From contig JBDOQK010000072.1 in assembly GCA_040437565.1 (NCBI GenBank), positions 118,765 to 138,764 of the forward strand: a DNA stretch of 20,000 nt. Direction: 5' to 3'. How positions within the stretch are numbered: position 1 is the stretch's first letter; the number at the start of each line of letters is the position of its first letter. Below are positions 10,001-20,000 of the stretch, piece after piece. Origin of the DNA: Albugo candida (taxonomy: Eukaryota). The position numbers and the translations under genes were made by a program. Under the pieces are notes generated by a model. The model did no database searches and was not told the DNA's origin. It worked only from the letters and a program-made list of their open reading frames with translations.

Positions 10001-10347
10001 CAATGGAGGGATATTGGTGGTGGTGCACCGCCAGCTCATGTGTTTCGAGCCAATTAGCTGTGTAAACTGCAGGTTTCACAGAAAGCTCAGTTAGAACTAG
10101 CAAAAAGAGCGCAAATCAATAGAAGTCAATCGTGGCTGGATTGTTTCTTCTCTGAAATACCTGCCTACTAGGCTACTTCTACTTTGCTTGAAATAATATA
10201 GCTTTTTTTATGGTTGTTACTTCCACCAGCTAGAAGTGGACTTAAGAGCAGCGGACATGGCGGTACGAAACAAGGGGGTATGTTTGTAATTTCTATTTTA
10301 GGTGTGTGTCCGCAGCAATATCCTAAATTCAAATACAAAAAGAGAAT

Positions 10348-10510
10348 ATGGAGATTTATACCACTATTTTAAAAAGTATGGTTTATATACCGGACGTTAT
10401 ACATATATCGTTTTTATACCAACACTTGAAAAAATATGGTTTATATATATACCAAACGTTGAAAATATGTTTTATATACCAAAAGTGGAGAAAATATGGT
10501 TTATTTACCA
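10348..10510. repeat. ~29-30 bp tandem sub-repeats in the left TIR of element G
   Basis: About six units with core ATGGTTTATATACC. About four inverted units lie at ~12510-12610. Confidence 0.88.
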
Positions 10511-12608
10511 CACGAGCGAAATTGAAAAAAAAGAGATATACACCAAAAAGTCTGAAGTTTACACATTCTTGAGTTACAAATCGTTGAAATATTCACATCT
10601 GGCGACTATGACGACTACTGGGAACGACGGCTATGTTGGTGAGGCAGAAGACTCAAGTTACGGCTGTTTGCCACGGAGTGGGCAGACGAGCCTTCATATT
10701 TTTACTCACGAGACGATACCAGTCGCGAAAACATATTAAGTTCGATCATTGAATACAGCGAAAAAGTTGGACGAGCGTTTCGTGTCATATCGAGGGACCG
10801 TAGACTCTACAAGTTGTTATGTGTCGATCCAAATTGCAGCTTCGCAGTCACTTTTGCGTATGGTAGGGGACTTGAGCCGCCTCATACGTTCGTGGCGCAC
10901 TAATGCGACGCTACGAGGGTTGACTTGGCTTCATGCAAAGCGAGTCGTGGAAACAAGTCTTCATACGTCGCGTTGATCGACTCGGCTTTCCAGTTCATCG
11001 TTCATAAGGGTCGTGACGCCGGTCCAGCTGAGATGCAGAAGAAGCTGATGGCTGATGGGCGTTGATTGACGTACCAGACTTGTGTAGACGCCTGCATTCG
11101 CTTCAAATCGCAACTCTTCGATGAAGATCGCACGCAACACCAGTTTATCTTTTCATACGTATACGAAATGAACAAGCGCGGAAACAAGGAAAATAAGACG
11201 TTTGGGGGAGGACAAAATGTTTCGGGTTGTCATCGTATACAAGCCCGAAACTCATGTGCTTTGCGAATTTGCAGATCACGGTATCAATCTGGATGGCACA
11301 TATAGGAAGCACAAATATGGTAGAGTCCTTCTTGTCGCTTGCTGTAAAAACAGCAACAATGAGATCCAGATTGTCGCGGTAGCTTGGGTGTCAGGCGAGA
11401 CCAAACTCAATTGTTCATGGTTCCGGGACTTTCTTCTGGGCTCTATCGAAGCGCCAGCATTCGTAATCTCCGACCATAAAAAGGGTCTCATTCCGATTAT
11501 GCAAGTTCAAGCAGGTAACTTCACTTACTTTTTTTGTGTTCCTCACATGCTCGAGAATTCCAACTCCAAGCTTCGCAATGCGAAATTGGAGCACCAGGAA
11601 TGGAATCTGGTCAAGTCCTTGATAGTTGCGTCGTTTGAACGGCAAGACAGTTAGTTGAAGAAAAACAATGCAAAGGCGCTACAATGGCTACTCGATGCCA
11701 AATGGGCTGCCACGTATACTATATGTCCGCACTTTGGGACCATGACTAGCAACAACGTGGAGTCTGTTTGTAACGTCTTGCTTGAAGCTAAAGAGAAGCC
11801 GCTTCTAGACTGTCTCATGGCGGTGGAAAAGTACATTGGGATCAAGTGCGTTAAATACGTTGCCAAGTCGGCTTCGTGGGGGGGGGAACTCAAAGATTAC
11901 GAACCACGGAAATCGAGCGCAAGCGCTTCGTATCTGTATTTGACAAGATCGAAATCATCCCGAGTTGCCTGCCATCCTTCATGATCAAGGTCAGAAAGGA
12001 TGGAGAGCTTCCTGTCGAGTATTCTGTCGATCTAGATAATCTTTAAAATCAGGTTCTTGTGGCTACTTTGGCGACATGATAGGGCCATGTTCTCATCTCT
12101 ATGTGGCCCTTAGATCCTTCAACAAGATCTGTCTACTCAAAAATCCATGCGATGCGTTTGGAACAAGGAGGTGTACCAGCGTGCTTACCACCTCATGGTA
12201 ATGATACGTCAATGCGGGATGATGGATAAAATGATGTGTTTGGAAAGCAACAACCACTCACGGTGTCAAAGAAGCGTGTTCGGCCAAAGAAGGCGAAGCG
12301 AATCTAGTCACAGGGTGCCACAGAAACTTTCAAGAAGAAGCGTAGCAACAAGTGCACTACATGCGGTAACTGCGTCCACAACAAGCGCACCTGCAAGGAC
12401 TAATGTTTTCCTAGTGATAAAACAATATATTTTTTCAACTTTACATAAACTTTAGACTTCTTGGTGTACTTTTCATAATTTTACGATTTCGCCCGTGTGA
12501 TATTCGTTTTGGTACATAAACCATATTTTTCAGCTTTTGGTATAAACCCATACTTTCTTAACGTCTGGTATAGAAACCATTTTTTTTGAAAAAAATGGTA
12601 TAAAATCC
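10350..12608 (+). mobile_element. Degenerate MuDR-type Mutator element with long sub-repeated TIRs (element G)
   Basis: 10350-10561 is an imperfect inverted copy of 12446-12608 and the interior holds a MuDR transposase pseudogene. No clear TSD is visible. Confidence 0.92.
10600..12403 (+). pseudogene. MuDR-type transposase pseudogene (MULE DDE + SWIM + zinc knuckle)
   Basis: INLDGTYRKHKYGRVLLVA...NNEIQIVAVAWVSGE...SWF...VISDHKKGL...FFCVPH; MTSNNVESVCN; SWIM-like SCGYFGDMIGPCSH at ~12055-12095; C-terminal KCTTCGNCVHNKRTCKD* ending at 12403. Confidence 0.93.
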
Positions 12609-13325
12609 ATTGATGAAAATACCTGTGAGGGATAATTATATGTGCTTTTGCTAATATGCCTGTATTGCGGTTGCCTCAAACCACCACAATACGAGACCCT
12701 ACAAGTACGTACCCGATTGGCTAAACTTGGTGTCCACCTCACTAGGCCGAACAGAGCCATCCAACTAGGACTAGAATCGGAGTTGTGCATGTTTTTCTTT
12801 CTGACCCGACCCGCAGCAATGATTGTTGAGTCCTCAAAAATTCACGAATGATCCTTGCATTGCGAATTGGTCACGTACCTTAACAATTTTAATGCTCTCG
12901 TCTTGATCGTAACACTGCTATCGAAGAACCAAACGTGCGCTAAACGTGATGTATATCACGCAAAGCGCTGGAAGTGTCGGAGTTGCTGATCGCTGATTTA
13001 AACAAACGACGATATCGATGGTACCAGACGAAGTGCTGCGTCAACGACTGTGATACAAGCCATTGCCGTATTGATAATCCTTCCAATCCGACCGTATCGT
13101 TGTCATTTTGCACAAGCAATACGCGTCTAACGTGGAAGGGATGAGAAAAACTCACCCAAACAAGGAAGTAGTCACTATTGTGCCATGTGATCGCATTCGA
13201 TAAAGAGATGTTGGTCAGATCCCGCTGCGCCACACGAAGGCTGAGTGCACATTATAATGCTGTGATGAATAGCTTTTATATCAGAAATGCCGTGATGTAA
13301 CCATAAGCCTTTGAATCCGTTCTCA

Positions 13326-13507
13326 GTAAATATAGGTAAAATTACAGCAAAGATGCTCTAAATTTGGGTTTTACTGGTGTTATGTTAAGAGGATCTGGTG
13401 AATTTTGGAAATTAAGAAAAACACAACCTTATGAGATTTATGATACATTAGATTTTGATACACCTATAGGTACAAATGGAGATTGTTTTGATCCTAATTT
13501 AATACGT
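13326..13507 (+). pseudogene. nad7: NUMT: mitochondrial NADH dehydrogenase subunit 7 fragment
   Basis: [60 protein letters not shown] (one frameshift) matches the Nad7/NuoD consensus [20 protein letters not shown]...FD.P.G..GDCYDRY..R. Codons are strongly AT-biased. Confidence 0.93.
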
Positions 13508-13570
13508 TAAGAAACTCCAATTACAAGTAAATAATCCACTATTTATTTATGTAGTTAAATAAATTAGATA
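13508..13570 (-). pseudogene. nad5: NUMT: probable mitochondrial nad5 N-terminal fragment
   Basis: The minus strand reads IYLTT*INSGLFTCNWSFL, resembling the Nad5 segment WI.SG....WGFLFD. It is very short and AT-rich. Confidence 0.5.
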
Positions 13571-13575
13571 TTCAT

Positions 13576-13670
13576 AATTTGAAATATCCGTGAAGATGTG
13601 GATTCTTTGTATTTAGACGAAAAGATCCCGTGAACCTCTGCTATATTTTATATTGCTATGATATTTAATA
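13576..13670 (+). pseudogene. rnl: NUMT: organellar (probably mitochondrial) LSU rRNA fragment
   Basis: TTGAAATATCCGTGAAGATGTGG...AGACGAAAAGATCCCGTGAACCTCTGCTATA matches the conserved LSU segment GTGAAGATGC...AGACGGAAAGACCCCGTGAACCTTTACTATA at the start of domain V, with several substitutions. Confidence 0.85.
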
Positions 13671-16600
13671 TGTCTAGCCCATAGTAGCCTTTTTTGAAAC
13701 AAACTCTGAGACTGCAGGCATCATTGGGACTTGAAGTGAGTGCACGAGTCTCTACCATCATTCCGTTCACGCCCGCAGCATCAAGTTGCTTGTCAGACGA
13801 TGACACCGTACGGATAAAGGGGAGTTCATGATTCATATGTGATGACCAATGCGGCATCCTTGGATGGCTCTTGGTTCCTTCTCAGAGAATTCGTGAGAGG
13901 GGAGAGTTTGGAATAGATGTGACAAAATGCTTTTCCTACTTGCTTTGTACTTTCACATAAACGGTCTTCCAAGTGAGATGAGTTTGATCGAAATTCAATG
14001 GTCGGATGGATACGCTGTAGTATCTGAGCGACTCTATTGTAAAGTCGACTGAGCACCTTTTCTTGAGCCATATCCGATGTATTGAGCTCTTCGTCATTGT
14101 AGTATTGGTAGACAAATTCTTCCTTCGTTGGCCATGTCTCGCAATTTTTGATGAAGTCCAATAGAATTAGGATGGAGAGTGCTGTAGAAAACGAGTCCGA
14201 AACGTCCGATGTGGCTTGTCCATCATGCCATATTGAGATTGTAGCAGGAATTTCGCGTATTCGGATCACGAGTAGTAGCTGCGTAATGCAATATCTTGGT
14301 CGCAGCAGAACAACCACATAGGTTGTTCCATGTGGTACTCGGTACGTTGAAAAGCATCCAAATCTAAAATTGTATTGCTCCAATCCATCTGATGCCACAT
14401 TACCGACGCATGTTTCCAACAAGAGGATGTGATTTACCATTGTACCATTTTTCCATGTCGATGTGGTGCAATGGTCAATAATTCCTCGGCTTGTGTGGTT
14501 TAAAAGAAGGCTTGATAAGTTGCAAAACTTCCTTCGAAGTAGTTGTCCATTTCGCAGGTATGATTGTCGACACATCGGATGCAAACTGCTGAAGGAATTG
14601 AAACTTTGTAGCTTCAGTCGTCCAATCAAAAAAAGGAATTTGTAGTCCACCATCTTGTCGACGACGATAGAAAAAATTCTTCGCTGAGTAGGTGGACGTG
14701 TTCCGAATCTTTTTTTTGTGTTTCCGACCTAGCAAATATCGATTTAATGTCGATTGCCACTGTCGAAAAGTCTCTGCTGGTATGTCCGCGTGCATCGTCT
14801 AATGCCACAGACGTGATAAAAAATTATCGTCTGAGCAACCAGTAGTCGACCACGAATAGTTCGTGCTTGTCGAAAGCATAGACCAAACCCATCATAGAAA
14901 CTCTTGTCGAGAGTTATAATAACCATCGAATGAGTCGGTGTCTGGCCGAACGAAATACCCAAATACTTGAACGAATCGTTCGAACCCATTATGGTCAAAT
15001 CGGGAATACGTGGACACGGCTTGGTCCGATTCAACGAGAGCAAGGATGATTTACTCAAGTTGATTTTCGCACCCGATCCATCATAACAGACTTGGATGAG
15101 TTAGAGTTGCGTCGAGATACCATTTGGTGTATCTGAAAGCAATGCCGAATCGTCTGCAAATAATAATAAGCCAAGTTGCGACAGTCGTGCCATTGATGCA
15201 AGTTTCAAGTTGTTCATGTTGTCGAAGTAAATTTTTAAAGGTTCTATCGTCATCAGAAAAAGTAATGCTAAAAGGCAACCGCCTTGCCTTGTTCTACTCC
15301 AAGTTATGATGTAATGGATGGTGTCATATTGCCATTATCCATCAACTGCGTCTTCGTGTTGTTGTATGGAAGACGAGACCAGTCGATAAAACTTTTCCAG
15401 CGCGCATTTTTTCCATAAGGTGAGACATGTAGGTTCAATTGCTTCGATCATAAGCTTTGTCAAAGCCGAGAAAAGTTGCATACGCCTCTTGAGTAACAAA
15501 GTATTGGATGTCGTTGAGATGTCGAATATGGTGATGCATTGACCTTCCTCGCACAATTGCTTTTTGATCCTGATGGATCAATGTTGGCACAAAGCGTTGC
15601 ATTCGGTACGTCATTACTTTTGGAAGTACTTTCACATCGACGAAAAGCAGTGCGATCGGTCGATAGTTGCCAGGATCACCTCGTGATCCTTTTTTGTACA
15701 CTAATGCTGTTGCCGAGTTACGTTGACATCGAAGCAAGATGCCTCTTTACAGCTGATATTCGAACATGATCTTCAGACACTCGCCAAACGTTTCCGGATG
15801 AAACAGATAAAATGCAGCTAAAAGTCCATCCATACCTGGAGAAGAAGTACTCCGCATGTGCTTGATCGCTTCCGCCATCTCGGTCGTACTTAAGATGTCA
15901 CGGTGCCACATTTTTTTGTAATATTTTCGATCGGCACGCGACGACAAGAACTATCCGGAGGGCGAAAAAATGCTTGAAAAAGTTCTCCATATGTTTCACG
16001 TGATGGTCGAAGCTTTCATCTTGGTTGTATTTAGCATTGTTTTCGACTGAAATTCTAAATTGTTCGAGACTCGATTCGTAAAAATACCGTGACTCATTGG
16101 TGTCTTGAATGCAATATCGAGCTGTTGCGACTTCCAAAACACGCTGTCTAGACTCAACGTTACGTGGGCTATCTTGGGCAAACTTTATTCAATGATGTGA
16201 AGCTGTTTCTTGATCTTCGTCTTCCAACTTTCCCACATTTTTCCGGGATTCGAAGTTATCGGCAAATATTTGAGCACCCAAATTCGCTTCCAATTTGATT
16301 GCCTCGACAACTTGGGGATATTCAAATAGTCGTAATGAACATTTCCAATATCATCGACCCGGAGATTAGGTTGAATTTGCAAAACTTACTTTTGGTACCA
16401 GATGATCTCCCGCATGTCGTGGACGAAAATACTCAGAGGTTTTGTATACCATATTCTATAGCGCTTCCGACATGCAGATGTAATCTAGTCGATTCTTGCG
16501 CGGTAATGGTCCCGTAAATCCTTTTTTGAATGATGTTGGATTCACCAAGCGTCTACCGCACCCAACTGGGAAAGCCATTCCAAACACGCTAATCGACTTG

Positions 16601-17199
16601 GCTCGTGTCGAATTGTTCCACTCGAAGCATCGATAGCTGCATCGAGTGGTGTATTAAATTCATCAAATACTAGATTTGTTGCGGTAAATTCGAAAGTCTT
16701 GGAGAGCAATAACTAATAAAACCACTCGTTCCTCGGCCTTGACCGGTGCATATACATTGTGAATATACACCGGTGCATCGTGAATGAGAAGACGGAAAAC
16801 CAAACAAAATTTTCAAATGCTTTGTTCGGTGAGTTCTTCAGCTGTTGTATAACCGGGAAAGTCTGATCGAAGGATTGACATGTCGTCGCCACTGCAGTTT
16901 TGAGTTGGATGGAGAAAAAACTGTTGTGGTCATTGACAAAGATTTTGTGCTGCATTTTTTAATTCATAAAACTTGAAATGAGTCCAATTGGTCGTGCTCG
17001 CGGAACTTGGTTTCTTGAACACAACAATTGGAGTGCTGTGATAGGATGTGGTCGATTAAGATGACAAATTTAAGAATTCCCTGAACATTCACCGTGAGTG
17101 CTGAGATATCGTTCCACGTTGAAAGAATCGAGCAGCCCTTAGCATTCACGCTGAAGTGGACCAGCAATCAACCTCATTTCACCATCTTATTGTGAGAGA

Positions 17200-19465
17200 T
17201 GAAGTGTTAATGTCCTCTGAATGAAATCTCAGCGATGTCACCATGGAGAACTCCTCGCCATTTACTTCCAAACCATTGAGACCAACACTTTATGACCACG
17301 TCGGAGCGCAAGAAGGATATGATCACATTAGCTGGAATTGAAGGACAATGATGACCCGGAATCCAGATCACTGGTCCATCGGTGAGATATTGGATCCAGT
17401 GATTGTTTGTGTAGAATGTCGGAGCAGTACTGACGAATAAGACTTCCAAGAACGCGAGAGCTTTGGGTTTGCTCGAGTAAAAACGAGAACTATGTTCAGC
17501 ACTGATGTCCATAACGTCATTACTTTATCGAAAAATACAGATCGCTTCGAGGGAACGTTTCCACCAACGTGGCGACTCCATCACGTCGCAAACGTAACAT
17601 TTTCGCCGAGATGATGGGCTGCAAAAACGCGATTAATCATGAGTAAATGCGCCAATTTATCCAAAGCTTTATCATTCGACTCTACATATACACGAGTAGC
17701 ACACCATTCATATTGATAGGATGATCAAGTGTCGCTCGAAAAATTTTGTCCGGATTTGTGCAGAACTGGACAGGCTTTCTCACAAGAGGGATGCAAGCAT
17801 CGTCTTGAACCAGCTTGTCCGGTCGTAGCGGATGGAGGGCATTTTTCAAATTAGCTCCCGTTTTCACCAACTCTGGTTGGTTGCTCCGTTTTCTCAATTG
17901 TTGTGTGCCGCTTTTGAAAGAATTGTTCCGCCTCTTCGAGGTGGCCACCTCTTTTGGCATCCGTGCTTTATTGCTTCGACCTCCACCTCCATAGTTGCTA
18001 ACTTTGGGAGCGCATGAGGTGGTGCTTTGGGGACCATTTGTTGAAACGGCTCCACCCGATTACGCTTTCCACTAGTCCATGCCAGCTTCATTTTACATCC
18101 CCATTCCGCTTCACCCGTGGTTGCGAGTACGACTGACTTTCCAGTTGGAGGGTGGGAGGAGAAGACTGCAATAAGGCTGGTGCCATGGTGTGGGATAGTG
18201 GGGAGAGTATTGAGCTCCAACGAGATTTGATCGGAGAGCTTCCGTTCAAGTTTCCTCGTCTCCAATTCTCGAGGTGTAACTAACTTCAAAACCATTTGTT
18301 GTGCCACCACGAGTGCCTTTAGCTCGGTGGTTTTTTTCGTTGCTGTATTTGGTTTTGTTGGGTTTGTTCTGAGTTGGAGATTGTGTTTTCCTTTGGTTTT
18401 TGATATTGTTTTTGTTTGGCTGTTGTCGTGCTTCCGTAGCTGGTGCTACGCCCAAATCCAAGCAATAAGGTCCCCGTTGACCGAAACGTCGTCGTTCTGT
18501 TGGTATAGAAGCATTTTTCCCCCTGACTGGGTATAGCTGTTTGTTGTAAGCGATTTGTTCAATCAATTTACCAGCTCTAACCAGCTGTTGAGGGGACTTC
18601 GAACAGCCAAAGTGGACTCGACAAGTCGGCACCACCAATTCTTTAGTGGTGACCGTATCGCGAAAGGTTCCTCCACGTCCACACCGAAGACATCGAAGTA
18701 GTATTTCGTTTCAAGAGTATTAAACTACCGAAAAAAAATAGGTTACCCTAAGCAATATCACCGGCTGGCACTCCAACTGTTGGCAGGCATCCGCCGTGAT
18801 GACCATCACCCTGATGTTCCCCGGGCATTTTGGACACTTGAGGGATTGACCGGCTCTCAAGTAAGATTTTAAAGACCTAATTACCGTGGTCTCGCATCAG
18901 GGAGGCTAAAATTCACCCATTTGGGGTACGGGTGAAGGAATGTCCCGTCTCCAATCCATTGAAAAGGTGGCTTTCTGGATTTGGATAGGTCTTTCTGCTT
19001 CCGATTCTGCAGCCAAGACCGACCACTCCGGATACTCTCCTTTCGCATACAATTTCATTATAGCCTCGATATCCGAGGCTTTTGGCTTTGGGATCTCCAC
19101 ACGAAATTTCGCCCGAGATCGAGCCTGGTCCTTACGTAAGGACTCCTATGACTGATAAGGTCAGCCGAAGTGGGACTTTTAGTGTCGTCCACACTTGCAC
19201 TTGCCTTTGCGTCACTCTGTGATCAGGCAACGACAGTATCCATGTACCACCGGTACCACATCCGTCCCGGTATCACATCCTAAAAACCGTTACTACCCTT
19301 TGCCGCCACAGCGGGGGTGGGGGTGCTTTCCACCTCATCACAGAAGGGTGATGACTCATCAACAACCACGCAATCACCCAAAACAAGGTGACTCACGGGG
19401 GTTGTCACGTCACTACAAGTGAGCGCTAGCACCCTGAGTTGTGTCGATGTGTCGACTTGAACCAT
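17200..19465 (-). pseudogene. Probable LINE ORF1 remnant
   Basis: A series of minus-strand ORF pieces lies directly upstream of ORF2, starting at the ATG at 19465, and includes a basic low-complexity stretch (QQPNKNNIKNQRKTQSPTQNKPNKTK). The assignment is mainly positional. Confidence 0.55.
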
Positions 19466-20000
19466 TGTTTTCGAGGAGAAAGAGTTTAGAATTTATTTTC
19501 GAGCTGTTTTGTACTAAATTGGAGGATAGTGTACCAGACGGCAAATTGAAACGTGAGAGAATGGTTCAAACATACACTCCATCAGGAACATTTTCTTTTT
19601 CGTTTACCTTTCATGACGAAAAGCAATAAAATAATGAAACTTGTGCCTTTCATCGTCGTTTTGAAAGATTCCCAAAATATTATTCTATCTCTATCAGAAA
19701 TTCACGTGACTGGTACAATTATACAGATAAAGGCATCGAAGAAAATTATCCCAGCCGTATGAAGGCAGGCACAAAGCAAATGAGAGCTATGGCTGAGGTA
19801 CCAAATCACCATCCATCACATGATTTAATACGTATTTGATGCCCGGAGACAGCACGAAGCATCAAATATCGGTTTTTCTGCAGGCTTTCTCACTTTGATG
19901 GAATATTTGTCTTGCCTTCGAACCGGACTTTAAAGATCAAAAAGAGTTCTCATTTTGCACTGTATCTACAAAGTGACTCTACCATGTAAAATACTGAGAA

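Larger units (their letters stand above)
7351..10323 (+). mobile_element. Degenerate near full-length Mutator-like element (element D)
   Basis: TIRs GGGAATTGCTGCGGACAC vs rc GGATATTGCTGCGGACAC. Flanks TAAATTTA (7343-7350) / TAAATTCA (10324-10331). The interior holds a MULE transposase pseudogene. Confidence 0.92.
12850..17110 (-). pseudogene. LINE ORF2 pseudogene (AP endonuclease, reverse transcriptase, zinc finger)
   Basis: APE: LTVNVQG, CCVQETK, YNVYAP, NRLDYI. RT: SSPGMDGL, KKGSRGDPGNYRPIALL, DQKAIVRGRSM, FDKAYDR, FADD (~15148-15159), FKYLGISF, QDGGL. C-terminal CTQPSCGAAGSDQHLFIEC at ~13193-13250 and HFVWYHR. Confidence 0.93.
12650..19500 (-). mobile_element. Degenerate non-LTR retrotransposon (LINE, L1/Tx1-like: ORF1 + APE-RT-zinc finger ORF2)
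   Basis: A colinear series of minus-strand endonuclease, RT and C-terminal CCHC motifs follows a long upstream ORF1-like region. The ends are approximate, and no poly(A) tail or TSD was identified. Confidence 0.9.

Noticed and set aside
10348-10510. CRISPR-like array of ~30 bp periodicity
   Set aside because: The units are degenerate tandem repeats without unique spacers, are mirrored at the other end of a MuDR element, and sit in a eukaryotic context with no cas genes.
10302-10739. 145 aa ORF with repeated EKIWFIY motif
   Set aside because: It is a translation of the TIR sub-repeats and begins inside the neighbouring element's TIR, so it is not a credible gene.
13576-13670. Functional rRNA gene or bacterial contamination
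   Set aside because: It is only ~90 bp, mutated at conserved positions, AT-rich and fused to nad7-like sequence inside a LINE. A NUMT explains it better.
19553-20000. Possible host gene or effector start at the right edge
   Set aside because: Only short ORFs are present, with no recognisable domain on either strand.

Overview
Eukaryotic, transposon-saturated window with no intact host gene. It is probably from an oomycete or other stramenopile, inferred from the Gypsy/LINE protein motifs and a mitochondrial-type nad7 fragment read in the standard code. From left to right it contains: a degenerate Ty3/Gypsy LTR retrotransposon (- strand, running off the left edge); a run of four different Mutator-like (MULE) TIR elements (2935-10323) sitting end to end, each separated by one copy of a TAAATT(T/C)A-like motif, with two further non-autonomous TIR elements nested in the third; a MuDR-type element with long sub-repeated TIRs (10350-12608); and a near full-length degenerate LINE (- strand, ~12650-19500) interrupted by a chimeric mitochondrial insertion (nad7 + probable nad5 + rnl pieces). 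There are three 100-N gaps, two of them flanked by exact duplications that look like unmerged contig overlaps. All coding regions are frameshifted or stop-interrupted remnants. All alignments were made by eye.
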